From the NCBI GenBank assembly GCA_029953675.1, contig JAMWBK010000009.1:1736001-1800000 (forward strand): DNA of 64,000 nt, given 5' to 3'. Both the position numbers and the translations under genes were made by a program. Shown here one piece after another: positions 1 to 11,683 of this stretch (position 1 is its first letter; every line of letters begins with the position of its first letter). The stretch is from Rhodosorus marinus CCMP1338 (taxonomy: Eukaryota; Plantae; Rhodophyta). Under the pieces are notes generated by a model that did no database searches, had not been told where the DNA came from, and saw nothing but the letters and a program-made list of their open reading frames with translations.

Positions 1-73
1 TTCCTCTCACCCAGTGAATGGACCGTTGCTCTGGGTTCCAACAGCCTGATAGTGATTGACCAGCACAACTTAC

Positions 74-505
74 GAGTCAGGAAATGCCGTTTCCTTGATT
101 ATGTCTCCGGTGTCTGCATCAATGCGCAAAACGCGGCTCTTCCCAAACTGTCCAACAGTTTCCACTAAGCTGCCATTGCTGAACAGGAATCCCTGCGTGA
201 ACGAGTCCGTACCGTGCGGAAGAGTGGAGATGATCTCATAGTCCGCGACCCAGCCAATCTGAAAATTCATGAAACCAGGAACAAGAGAAAACGCAGAACC
301 TCTCTGAGAAGATGCTGCGAGCGAACATGATTCTGAAAATACGCACAACTTCATCCGCGACTCGCTCTTTGCGATACTGGTGTACTAAGAGGGACACGAC
401 CACTGCCAACAAACAGAAGACTAGAGCGCCAGATTTCCTAACCTCAAATATATTAAACACATGCTTGGTTCCAGGAGGTTTCCTGGCAACCCTTCGCCTC
501 CCCAT
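74..505 (-). CDS. QCT: Plant/bacterial-type glutaminyl-peptide cyclotransferase, 5' part; the gene continues past the left window edge
   Basis: ATG at 505 (MGRRRVARK..., hydrophobic ALVFCLLAVVVSLLV anchor). An 88-nt GT-AG intron (259-346) joins ...ADEV to IGWVADYEIISTLPHGTDSFTQGFLFSNGSLVETVGQFGKS, matching the family motif PHD/G..FTQG....G.L.E..G..G.S. The next donor GTAAGT is at 73. Confidence 0.8.
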
Positions 506-1936
506 CCCCACCAAAAGAAACCACTCAAACCCCTCAGATTCAAAACCATTCACCCTCGACGACCATATCACCCCACCCTGACTCAAGACCCGAAACTCTA
601 CACCAGTCTCATCACATCAAGGCCCAGAAACACCCACGAAAACTCATACCTCTAAATCCTTCATCCATTCCTTGTAAGGCTACGGCAAACTTCTCTTTGT
701 ATTTGTTACAGCAACATATGGTCTCCCCACCCAAAAAATCCCCTTGAGCCACCTGCTGTCCCAAATCTATATCTACCAGCAAGCGTTCAGATGGCACACT
801 GACCTCATGAATCTCGAATTAGACAATCCCCCTGGTCGCTGGTCCGCGCGCTCGCGCTCTGCAAACCACGGCCAAAAAAAACAAGATCTGAGATGAGATG
901 ATCGAAAAGCAACTTGTGCCCCTTGTGCCATGACAGTGCGGGGGACGCATCTTTCCAAAGCTTTTTCGACCACCGAAATGTTTGAGTCGGCTTGGATATC
1001 GACCGCTTTGGAATAGCAGCCGCTGTTGTGCTGTTCTTAAGGTAGTGTGCGGCGATGTTCTGGGCAGGCTGGCAGAGCCATCGTGCCGGTCGAATGCTGA
1101 CGGACCATAAGCGTGCCGTTCTTGTATTCAACATTGACAAGGGTAGATGTTCAACGTCCTCTCTAAGGTTTTCCATCGCGCTCGTGAAGAAAGACGTCGT
1201 GCCTCCAGGTACCTCATGTAAGCACCGGGTTGAACAGCTTCAGCGTAGTCTGCCTGGTTCCGCTCCTGGCATGGAAAGCTCTTCACCACGCCTCCGATTC
1301 CGCCTGGGGGGCAGACGCCAGGGTTGCCGTCGGAGGGTTCACTGTCCTTGCAAATTCTTATCGCGTGTTCTACGTCGATTTATCGAAAAAAAAACTTACG
1401 GCTTCTAGCAAACCTAGGCCTGTCCGAGATCAGAGAGGCTCCACCCGACTAGTCGGTGCAGCAAACCAAATCCTAGTCGGCCTATCTCCGTAATATTCCG
1501 CCACGCAGGATGTAGCAAGGATTGAGCTGACTGCTTAGCCAAATTCTGGTCGAGCTAGCCAAGAGGGGCCAAGTCAGCCGTGCGATTGGACCGAATTTCG
1601 CAGGGCTACGGAAAGGGAACTTGCACTTCGAACCTCAGTGGACACGGCTGGATGAACAGGACAGAGCCATATTCCGGCTTTACCGAGCAGATAATTCCGC
1701 ATTGTTTTCATGGACACTAGATAGGCTCTTTGCTCATCGTTCCTGTATGCTGGGCTCAACCATGGAGCTCCTCGACACCCAGGCTACTCCGGAGTTGCTT
1801 CTAATATACTTCCCATTGAAAACATGATTGTGGGCGTACGCTTGTCACGGAAGACGAGACAAAGCCGGGAGAACGGTGCTAATGCAATCACGAGGTCCTC
1901 TGGCAGTTGGCGCAAGAAGAGAATACCTAAAAGTCA

Positions 1937-2467
1937 TCAATAACCCACGGGTACCCTGCTCGGCGCACGTTGCGAGGGACACGTCCTTACGTTATGTCCT
2001 TTCCCCTTGCATCGCGAGCAAGCGTTTTTCGACTTCGGCCGGGTCGTGTCCGTTTCTCCCCAGTTCGCCCTCAGCCGATCGAGGATCCGCCACGCACTTT
2101 TGTAAGGCACATCGATCCCGTGCGTGTCTCTAATTGCCGCTACCAAGTCAGCGGGCGTTGGGTCGTCGAAGCTAGCAATCAGGGTAAGGGCCTCCTGCTG
2201 CAAAGCCAGGTGAGGAACCTTTGCCCTTTTGCTGCAAAATGGGTCATGCGGAGAGTATTTCGATATCTTACACTGCTGTTTGCTCACAGATACTTTCACG
2301 TGGAAATTGCCCTTCGCCTGCCCTCCGTCCTTAGCTGACGGGCATATAAGCGTAAACCGTGTCTTGCTGGAAGCTCTCACTGAATAAGGGACTTCATTAT
2401 CGTAGCAGAATCTGAACAGCGCCCTTTTCGCATCCGGAATAGTTGAAAAAGTAGTTCCAACTTGCAT
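1937..2467 (-). mobile_element. Mutator/MULE (MuDR-like) transposase derivative: N-terminal DNA-binding region fused in frame to a CCHC zinc knuckle, with no DDE or SWIM domain
   Basis: 176-aa intact ORF. MQVGTTFSTIPDAKRAL...VRASSKTRFTLIC...HDPFC is MuDR N-terminal-like; PTPADLVAAIRDTHGIDVPYKSAWR...WG is the MULE helical motif; it is followed directly by CSRCKGKGHNVRTC (CX2CX4HX4C). I did not identify TIRs. Confidence 0.75.
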
Positions 2468-3595
2468 ACTCCAGAGCGATCCTTTACTTCGTCTCCTCCA
2501 TCTGATGCTTCAGAGCGCTTTACCCACTTCAACGAAGCACTTATGTTCAGGTCCTCGTATGCGCTCCTGGAAAGGTGCATGGATTACCCCACGCCCTTAC
2601 ACGCCTCCCGCGGCTACCCTCGTGCACCTCCCCCAGTCTGAAAAAGCGCGCAGTTGTGTCTTGCGGGAAAACCGCGTTCCGCTCAGAATCCAATTTATTT
2701 CAATAATTCAATTCGAAAATTCGGAAGGTTTCAAAGCAGAGGAGACCTCGTACCGGTTGTGAAGAACACAGAGTAGGCATGATGATTAGGCATCGTACTT
2801 CGGCATCTCGCTCAATGCGTCGATTGGAAAGCGGAAGGATCAGTTTAGCCTAGAGTTGTTCCTCTCAGGGTTGTTGTCTCTGAATAACCAACGATGATTG
2901 AAAGAGTCACTGCTGAGGCCCTGCGTTCACTCTGCGTTTTTCGACACGGCGTGTGTCGTATGGGTTTGTTCCACGAATTATCGCGTGCTTTGGTTTAGTA
3001 GCCTAGATTTGCATTGACTTCGTCGCCTCTTTCGTGGCGACCCAGATCCTCTTGAAAGCCTCTTCACGGAGCCGTTTTTGGCTCTCTGGCGCTCGATCAC
3101 TGCTCATTGTTGGACGCCTGTCATCAGCAGGTTTTTTTTGCGCCTCTCACGGTGGTTATGAGTAAACGGTTGTTGGTTGGGTTGCGACATGTTTTTGTGA
3201 TTTGGTCGCGCAGCAACACGAGAATATCGGGCTCTGCTTCGTCGGGGCAAAATCTGCAAGAGGTACGACGGGTATTTTCGCTCTGGCCACAACTTCAGTG
3301 GGAGCTGGATGAGCTGGGGCGGATCCTGGTCGTTGCGCCAGGGGAGACATTTGGTTCTGTGCTTCAAGCTGGAAGTACACACGTGGATCTTTCAACGAGC
3401 ACAAGGCAGGTGAACACCGTTTTGACCCATTCTACTCCTACAACTGTCTGCTCTGCTCAATTCCAAAGGGTATTATAAAGCTGGTTAAGCGGTGCCAAGT
3501 TTGTGAAACAGAGTTTTATAAAGTCACAGCTGGTCGTTCAGCCAGGTTAAAAGAATTCAGAACTGTTCTGTCTATGCTAGAAGGGAGCCCTACAT

Positions 3596-4666
3596 TTAGT
3601 GCTCCTCAAACCTTTTGTCGATGAGCTTCTTAAGCTCATCGTACATAACAAGTACAAGCGCTCCACCAGCTCCACGCAGAACATTTGACAGGGATCCCTT
3701 GAAGAATGCGTTCATGCCTTCCTGTCTTGCAATCTTCACCCAGCAATCCAAGGTTCCCTTGTAGAGCGTTTCCTTAGCACCAGCCTGCATCATAAGCCTT
3801 CGTCGCACAGTGTCGAACGGATACGAAAGGATACCGGACATGGCGGTTACACTCTGTGCGACCATCCACTTCGCGAAAATGTTAGCTTCCTTCTCGTTCT
3901 CGAAGAGCACTCCCTTAAGAGTGTCGTACAGCCCAAAGTAAGCACCTCGGTAGACAATGATACCTTGGACAGACACACCAAACCCTTGGTAGAGTGACAT
4001 GTAGCCGGAGCGGGTCGCCGTTTTCCTCAAGCAGTCGAACAGCCCCATGAACTCACGCTCCTTCCCCCTTCCTACGTCTGCGGCTAGTCGGGTACGGGCG
4101 AAGTCAAGCGGGTAGACGATCAACAAGGAGGAGGCTCCTGCAGCTCCTCCTGATGCAAGGTTTGCTCCGAAGAACCTCCAGAAGTCCTGCTTTGGGTCGT
4201 ACCTCGGGAACATATTCTTAAAGGTATCCTTGAAGGCAAAGTTGAAAGCCTGGGTTGGAAAGTAACGAATGACATTGGCCATGTTTCCTCTCCAAAAAGA
4301 GCCAATGCCCTGCTCGCTCGCGACGCGAGAGAAGCAGTTAATAATACCAGTATATCTGGGGATCTCTCCGGACTTGATTCTCGGGTTCGCATCCTGAGTC
4401 TGCAAGAGTAGTTTGACGCGCTCAATCGGTGCCACAAGGGTCTTCGAGATGCCTCCAGCAACACCTCCTGCGGCAAGGTCCATCAAAAACTTCTGAGCAT
4501 TCGCGTTAGGCTTCTTAGCCTCAACGGCCGCTGAAGCGACAATGTCCGATCTCTGCATCATAGAACTCATCGCAACTTGCGCACCCGAGACGGAACTCCC
4601 TTGAGTCGCTGTGCTAGTCGCGGCTCCGTTCAGAATTCGCATATTCTCCCAGACGTTTCCAGCCAT
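3596..4666 (-). CDS. AAC: Mitochondrial ADP/ATP carrier with an N-terminal extension of about 55 aa, single exon
   Basis: Three carrier repeats ([22 protein letters not shown]), RRRLMM signature variant, [22 protein letters not shown]. First plausible ATG at 4666 (MAGNVWEN). Confidence 0.97.
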   Translation of the reverse strand: MAGNVWENMRILNGAATSTATQGSSVSGAQVAMSSMMQRSDIVASAAVEAKKPNANAQKFLMDLAAGGVAGGISKTLVAPIERVKLLLQTQDANPRIKSGEIPRYTGIINCFSRVASEQGIGSFWRGNMANVIRYFPTQAFNFAFKDTFKNMFPRYDPKQDFWRFFGANLASGGAAGASSLLIVYPLDFARTRLAADVGRGKEREFMGLFDCLRKTATRSGYMSLYQGFGVSVQGIIVYRGAYFGLYDTLKGVLFENEKEANIFAKWMVAQSVTAMSGILSYPFDTVRRRLMMQAGAKETLYKGTLDCWVKIARQEGMNAFFKGSLSNVLRGAGGALVLVMYDELKKLIDKRFEEH

Positions 4667-5360
4667 CTTGCAAAGTGCAAACTGCTCAACACAAACCCGG
4701 ATCACTCCGCACGACACTACTCCACCCCGCACTCTCTCCTCAATTGCACTTTATCTTAAAAGCCCCACGCGGGTGGTTTCGGTTGCTAAGTGTCTTCTGC
4801 ACCGCTCCCAGCTCCCAACGACCTAGTATACATCCGCGTACATTATTCGCGCGATCGCACATACCCCTCTTGCCGGAAGAAAATACCTTAGTTGTTTGCG
4901 TCCCTTGCATGGGGACGCAATGAAATTTGCGTCGCATCGAAACGTGCACAAAAACGTCCTCCCCCCTCCTACAAGCCGTTCGTCCAGATTTAAGATCTAG
5001 GCTATTCACAAGCAATACTAGATACTATAAAATTCACATATTCATGATCATGTCCAGCTCTAAAGAAATACAGCATACAATTAGTAGTTGGCAATTGTGC
5101 TCGCTTACGGACTCCGGGTAAATTCTGCTGGATATTTTTTTCGTCATCCACCAGACCGAAACGCTCTAAACAAATTCTTTCAATCCACCCCCCATCCTGT
5201 GATGCGAGTGCATTCAATCGCCCTCTATTGATTCTATTGATTTGGACACCCAATCTGATTCTTAAGTTTTATTTATTTTGAAGATGGTTTCCTCAAGGCA
5301 CCTTTCCATTTTTTTCTTCGTAAAACCTATTGAAATCTAAAGAAGCACGAAGTTTCGACA

Positions 5361-5454
5361 ATAAAAACCCTGCCACTTCTGCTAATCAGAGGTCGTTGGA
5401 GCAAATATAAAAACCCTGCCGCTTCTGCTAATCGGAGGTCGTTGGAGCAAATAT
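5361..5454. repeat. Tandem duplication, 2 x 46 bp with 2 mismatches
   Basis: ataaaaaccctgcc(a/g)cttctgctaatc(a/g)gaggtcgttggagcaaat at 5361-5406 and 5407-5452, plus a partial 'at'. Confidence 0.95.
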
Positions 5455-7122
5455 CATTCAGAAAACCTTGCAAGCGACAAGCTCCGGAAAGGCTTTTTGA
5501 TTGATCATGATATGTTTAGGCCTCCGCCATCCTTGTGCACTCAATTTTCTCATCTTTTTATTGAAATTTTAGGTATTGGATATTTGATCGGATCGGAGGT
5601 TACCCCTTGTAGACTCGTGCTGCAGTCCCGCAGCTGTAGCAGTTAATTTTTGTTGAATACAGTTAACCCGGCGTGGGCGTATTTTTTTGGACGGCCAACC
5701 GGAATACGTTGCCAACATCTTCAACCAATGATATATATTCTTTCGTTCATAAGTTCTCAATGAAATTTCTGGTTTGTTAGAGGCTGATACCCCCATTGAA
5801 AGTACATTTGGGACACGGATGTGTTTTAAGGATGCCGTTCTATTCCGCTATTTTTTTGTGAATCGCGGGACAGGTTTTCGGCTTTTTTTTAGGAGTCTAT
5901 CGTAAGCGCGAATGGATTGGACGGAAACCGAATTCGTGTTAAAAGTTGTTCATGCACCCAACCCGGCAAGCACTATCATCAACTGGGATACGGCGGCTAA
6001 TTTAGTTCACGAAAAGCGTTTCGCGCGGTCGACCCCTCTCGGATATCTGGCGGGTAGAAGCTTACGAGAACAATCTGGGAGGCAGGTTACTCCAAGGCTG
6101 GCATGAGTCACGGGCCGCGCCGCTGTCTAGTTTTTGTCCGACGAGCTAGCCTATGCAATGAACCCACCACGGAGCAATTGTGCTTCGTGTTCGGTTATAG
6201 TCGTGAACCCACTTCTAAACCGGGGCGCGGGCCCATGACCAAGCTCGAACGAGCATGAGTACCTTGGCCAGAATCGCATGGTGGAAGCCATTTCTCACAA
6301 GTAGTCCTCCCCATTGCGTTGCAAGGAACAACTCGCTTTCCATCCATGCAAATAACGCACGGCTGTGCGGATGCCGCTTGCGCTGTAGATTAACCCTTGC
6401 TACTCGTCAGAATTCGAGGACCACAGAAAGAAGCTTGCTGGCCAAAATTGGACTTGTCCCTGCTCGGGCCAATAGCTTAGAGCAGACTGGCAGCTCTGGA
6501 TTGAACTCTCTGGTACGGCATGCTTACGCGTTGGCGGGCTCCCGCGGTGAGCTTCACGAGGTTTAACATCGAAAATTGTTTGCGGATTTCGCACTCTGAA
6601 TTGGAGGCTTGAACGAAATGAGAAACGTCCTGCGATTTCTCAAGCGCACGACAGAAACAGTTTCTGGACCTAAACAGCATCATGACCAATCAACTACTCA
6701 CGTTTATTTCTATGAACACAAATTAATGCTGGGAATGCAAGGGCAGCCGGAGCTTCGTACTAATGTTTCATTCAGGCACGTTGCCTTCAGCGCTGATTTA
6801 AAACATCGTCCGAAAAGCTTCTTGAAACCAAAACCGAGGAGCCATATTCTAAAGGACCCTAAAAACACGAAGAAGCGCCACAGCGAGGTGGAACGGGCTT
6901 CATAATAGTCCCGCCCGTCATCTGCTGCTGGGCAAGTCAGACTACGAGCGCGTAGACCCTGCATCGCAGTTCATCTCCAACAATCGGTGACCGGGGGCTA
7001 GCAGCGGTTGTCAAGAGACAGCAGGAGGCACTCTTCCAGTTGACCCTTTAGAGGATGACGTATTGCCGTTTTGCTGCTCAGGAATTGAATCATCTCATCA
7101 TGATCAGCTGGGGTTGCGGCTA

Positions 7123-8505
7123 CTAAATCCTGGAGGGATACCCACCACCACCGGATCCGCGAGAGCTGCCACTTCTGCCCTGTGTGTTGCTGCCATCGTA
7201 ATTCGAATAACCACCCCCGCTCCTTTGCCTCTCACGGTCGTCTTCTTCGGGGGGATAACCACCGCTTCTACTGCTGCCATTACCATATGGCCTACTACCG
7301 GTAGCGGATCTCTGATAATAATCCGAGTAGCTCGTCCCGGAGTAACCACGATCGTAGTCGGCACGACCGTCCCTTCGCTCTTGATAGGGAGTCGGGGGAA
7401 GGTCCCGAGGTCCTCCATGGTAGTCGCTTGCTTGGTACCGTTGGCCATCCTGATAGTAGTTGCTCCGTGGGTCACCTCCGCCGTAAGAACCTCGTGGCCC
7501 AGCACGATACGCATCCGCGTAAGAGTCTCCACGAGAGCCATACTGATCCGAGGGCCGTCTTGAAACAAAGTCGTTGTAGTTGCCACTCCCTCCGTCTCCT
7601 CCATACCCTGAAGCCTGCTCAGACACTCTACGATAATCGTTGGTGCTAAGTGCTCCGCGAGCACCTGAATTTGATCGAGAGTAGCCATCACCACCTGCGT
7701 GCCGCTCGCTCCCAGATCTACCACTCAGTCCAAAATAGTCCACCTCCATACCACCGTGAGCTCCGCTGTTGGGTTGGTCCATGCTTAGAGTAGCATCGCT
7801 GCCGTGCACACTTCCTCCGAGCGCCGACGCAAGATGTCTGTGAAGCTCTGTATACTCGAAATTCGAGTCGGCCTCCCGCAATCCGTCTGCACCCGTCAAA
7901 AGCTCTTTCACGGAAATTTCTTTCCCGTAAAAGCCCTTGTTCATTGAAGGGTTTCCAACGATTACGGCTCCATTGAGAGCTAATCCCGCGAAGAGGCCTT
8001 GGCTGTAACTATAAGAGTAGGATGCGGCGACTCCCTTGTTCCCCACGTCAAGCTTGACGTCCGCGTTTCTTCCAACAGGGCCAGCGGCCACTCCAATGTC
8101 ACCTCCAATGTTCATCTTACCCTGTGACGAAAAAGTCCTCAGGGCGTTCTTCGAGTTAAGCACCACTACATGATACTGCTTTTGCGCTCCAATCAGAAGA
8201 CCCCAACCCATTCCTCCGGAAGTGATTGCGGTTGGAGCCGACCACCTCTCCTGAGGAGTACCGCGGTTGATCTTGGCGATGACAAAGCCAGTGCCAAGTT
8301 CGCCACTCCAGAGGAAGCCAGCTCGGATGAAAAACAAAAAGCAGACTCCGTGAGCCTTAGCCAGAACCCAAGGGGGGATCATGGCAACTTGGTCCTTAAT
8401 CTTGGAGTTTAGGGACTTGCCTTCACCCGTCCATGAAGCAGCAATTCCCTTTGCGACTTTGATGTCGGTCGACATGCTTCCCGTTCCAGATATCCCTAGC
8501 CCCAT
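7123..8505 (-). CDS. SYLF/Ysc84 (SH3YL1-like) lipid/actin-binding domain protein with a G/S/Y/R/D-rich low-complexity C-terminal half
   Basis: IPPWVLAKAHGVCF...AGFLWSG.LGTGFVIAK...WSAPTAI...GWGLLIGAQ...V..GPVGR...YSYSYSQGLFAGLALNG matches the Ysc84 domain. Single open frame from ATG 8505 (MGLGISG). Confidence 0.9.
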   Translation of the reverse strand: MGLGISGTGSMSTDIKVAKGIAASWTGEGKSLNSKIKDQVAMIPPWVLAKAHGVCFLFFIRAGFLWSGELGTGFVIAKINRGTPQERWSAPTAITSGGMGWGLLIGAQKQYHVVVLNSKNALRTFSSQGKMNIGGDIGVAAGPVGRNADVKLDVGNKGVAASYSYSYSQGLFAGLALNGAVIVGNPSMNKGFYGKEISVKELLTGADGLREADSNFEYTELHRHLASALGGSVHGSDATLSMDQPNSGAHGGMEVDYFGLSGRSGSERHAGGDGYSRSNSGARGALSTNDYRRVSEQASGYGGDGGSGNYNDFVSRRPSDQYGSRGDSYADAYRAGPRGSYGGGDPRSNYYQDGQRYQASDYHGGPRDLPPTPYQERRDGRADYDRGYSGTSYSDYYQRSATGSRPYGNGSSRSGGYPPEEDDRERQRSGGGYSNYDGSNTQGRSGSSRGSGGGGYPSRI

Positions 8506-10078
8506 TCTGTTTTGCTTTTTTTTCACAGAGGAAATCAGCAATCTCAGGCAACTTGGAATTTCCTCAGACGACCCTCAACCCCCCCACTTTCCCCTCGAAG
8601 TGGAACCGTTCCGTTCCACGACAGGACCTCCTAAGCCTTTAAGATGCGTTCGCCGCCCCCCCCAAACAAAAAAGCCGAGCACGCACGTGTAAAATTCTCT
8701 ACTAGAAGTCTTCAAAAACCCACGTACATAATCCCTAGCCAAGCTCGCCCTTGATTCATACAGACCCACAATGAAGTAGGATTAAACCGCCCTACCGCCT
8801 TGGCGGTAGCGAAATGAAATTGTACTAGACGACAGGGATAGGCATTCCACCGACAATAATTGTACTTGCAAATTTTGCTGTAAGGTCTAACGACAAAATT
8901 CTTAGATCTGCATACTACCATTCCCCCCTTTCGGGGACGAAGAGTCCTGCAACATCCACTTTTTAAATCATCTTTGTAATTGTTGCACTGTTTCAACTAC
9001 ACATGCACTGGGGGGTTCCGACTTGGGATCGAAACATCGCTCAAAGTCAGGGAGGGCGAGAAAATCCAGAAAATGTACTTGCCCCACGAGAAGCCTTGGC
9101 TGCTTTTTTGATCACTGCTGGATATAAGGGGGGAGGAACAGGGAAGGATTAGTTTTTTTGGCGTGCTTCTCCAGAATTTTCGATTTGTTTTCGGGGAATC
9201 TGAGCTGAGTTACTGCGTACTGCGAACCCCTCGAGTTAAAGGCGATTTCTGGTGGGTCGCAGACATGGGTGATTGACTCGTAGATAGGGAATAACGCAAA
9301 ATTACAATGAAAACAAGGAGAAAAAAAACTTGCATACATAATCGACCAACGTCTACGATCCAGTATATGTGTTTTTAAAATAAATAGTCTTATTTTTAAC
9401 GGTGCGAGTTGATTTATTTCGTGCGGACAAGTCACTTCCTGTAGAACAATCCAAGGCGATCTTTTGTGTGTCAGGGAATTCGCCGGTCTTGGCCCCTCCA
9501 AACTACCTCCCAAGGGCAGGAGTCGGTTGGAGTGGCGTATCCAACCAGCAGGTTTGTTCATCAGCAGCTGAGTTCGCGATGCATGCAACTTTGGATTTCA
9601 GTGAAAAGTACGAAACCCCTCGCATTCATCATCGAGTCTCAACGCAGAAGGCGCATGGGCCAAGTCCAGCGTACCAACTGATTGGGGCCACACCCGAAGA
9701 CTATACATAGATATCTGGTTCCACTGCGTCAGACGAATGTGTCCATATGAGTAACGAACTCCGGTTCGTTCGTAGGAGTCAAATGGAAAAGAGTTCATTG
9801 CTGTCTTCCACCCAGAGTGGTCCCTCCTTGAAAAACATGCAAGAAGCGTTCCACTGTCAGCACATTCCGAATTTGAGCTGGACGGAAACCTCCCAGAATC
9901 GTTTGAAAACAAATTTGCAGGTGATGCTGAAAAACGCCTTGGCCGCTCGTTTTTAGCGTCCGCAGAGCGAAGATGGGATCCTTCAATGGTGCTCGCTATC
10001 GGTCTGAATTCAAAATGAATTGGTCCATTTTAATTCCTCCAGTTCAAAGCTCTATGGGCGCAAACTATCAAACAAAAA

Positions 10079-11683
10079 TCACGCCTTCGACGGAGGAAGT
10101 GTACGTCTAACATCATAAGGGGCAAAAGCGTCGCGGATGACCATACTCCTGTTGATATCAGAGACTTTTACGCATCCGCAGAGAGACATAGCTAGTTCAA
10201 ACTCTTTCTTCAGCATATCCAGAACATATGTTATTCCCTGCTCTCCGGCAACACTCAGGCCCCAGACAACGGGTCTGCCGATCTGTAGTTTCGGTATAAG
10301 AAGAAAAAGCTGAGAACAAATTCTTTGTAGAACTTGGGTAGAGGCCTCCTATATCATGGGAGAGCCGGCTTCCATACACGATGGTAGCCCCTGTAGTAGG
10401 GATAAACATGCTCACCAGACATGCCTTCGCTCCAAGAGCAAGGGCCTTCACAATATCTGTTCCTCGACGCACTCCAGAGTCAACAAAAACGGGAACCTTT
10501 CCCTGGACAGCATTAACGACTTCCTCCAGGGCATCTATCGTAGAGATCACACCATCCAACTGACGAGCTCCGTGGTTGCTCACAATGATTCCGGCGCAGC
10601 CATTTTCCACAGCCAAGACAGCATCCTCAGCAGTCACGACTCCCTTTGCAAGAATCGGCATCTTGGTAATGCTCTTCAGCCACTGGATATCCTTCCAAGA
10701 CAACGACCTGAGATTCGAGGTGGAAACGAGAAACGAGCAGTCAGCAAGATGAAACAGGGGGCAACCACGGAGGGGTGTTTCCAGCTAAAGGATGAAGGAT
10801 TAAAAAGAATACATTCAAGAATGCCTGAAGATTGCTCGTCTACAGTATGGAGGAGCGAGAGCCTTACCGATCAATCAACGATGCAACGTAAGCGGCCAGT
10901 CCGGAGCCCCCATCGTTCTCCATGTTGGCTTGCTTCAGCATGGCAAAGTTGCCCATAGTCAAGTGAGGAGGAAGGTTGAATTGATTCTTGATATCAGCTT
11001 CCCTCCTCCCAAGGCGCGGTGTGTCAACAGTTAAAGCGATGGCTTTGTAGCCGGCGGCCTCCGCTCTCATTACGAGCTGTTTGGTCACCTGACATAGTCC
11101 AGTCACGAATCCAAGAGACGTTCAGCCAATACTAGGACGTTCCTGCGGACTCCGTCAAGAAAAGATCACCGCACTGAAGCCAACATGCACCGTGGCAGAA
11201 AAAGCTTTGGAGAATTATTCTTACCTCGCGGTCCTTGTATACGTACAGCTGGAACCACTTCGGGGATCCAGGAGCCTCTGCCTCAACATCCTCGAGAGCT
11301 GTCGTGCTCCACGAGCTCAAACCCATGACGGTACCAGCCTTGGCAACTGCTCGAGCGGTAGCGAGCTCGCCTTCCGGATGAGCCATTCTCTGCATTGCAG
11401 TGGGGGCAACAACTAGCGGGAACGAAATTTTGACACCTAGAACTTCGGTCATCATGTCTGCATTCGAAACATCAATAAGCACACGCGGGCGGAATCGAAG
11501 TCTCCTAAAACCTTCTTCATTATCCTGCAGGGTCTGCTGATCGTCAGCACCGGAGGAGAAGTATCCATACACCATTGGAGTCAGCTTCGCTTTGGCAAGA
11601 GCATGAAACTCCGCGACGTTCACTGGTGCATGAGGTCCAGTCAAAACTGGAGGCAGCTCTGGTTCGGAAACTGGGCGACCCAT
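10079..11683 (-). CDS. GOX: Glycolate oxidase (FMN-dependent (S)-2-hydroxy-acid oxidase), 4 exons, about 391 aa
   Basis: Exons 11683-11225, 11088-10868, 10707-10416 and 10282-10079 join in frame (1176 nt). Motifs [45 protein letters not shown] and IGRP are present. The C-terminus is ...PPSKA. Confidence 0.96.

Noticed and set aside
805-1408. ORFs 805-1176 (-) and 1055-1408 (+); the WSKKLW..SP...W stretch faintly recalls a LINE zf-RVT motif
   Set aside because: No CCHC residues or RT context, and no consistent splice model. The similarity is too weak to call.
2830-2843. GCGGAAGGATCA matches the 18S rRNA 3' end/ITS1 boundary
   Set aside because: Only 12 nt with no flanking rRNA similarity; a chance match.
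3047-3478. ORF 3107-3478 (+) with possible small introns
   Set aside because: A spliced model can be forced, but it has no clear start or recognisable motif and abuts the AAC 3' region.
3740-3810. RRRLMM instead of RRRMMM in the ADP/ATP carrier
   Set aside because: A conservative substitution with the rest of the carrier canonical; not evidence of a new function.
7063-7724. Long overlapping ORFs 7063-7563 (+) and 7104-7724 (-)
   Set aside because: Shadow frames of the low-complexity SYLF tail; repetitive codons suppress stops.
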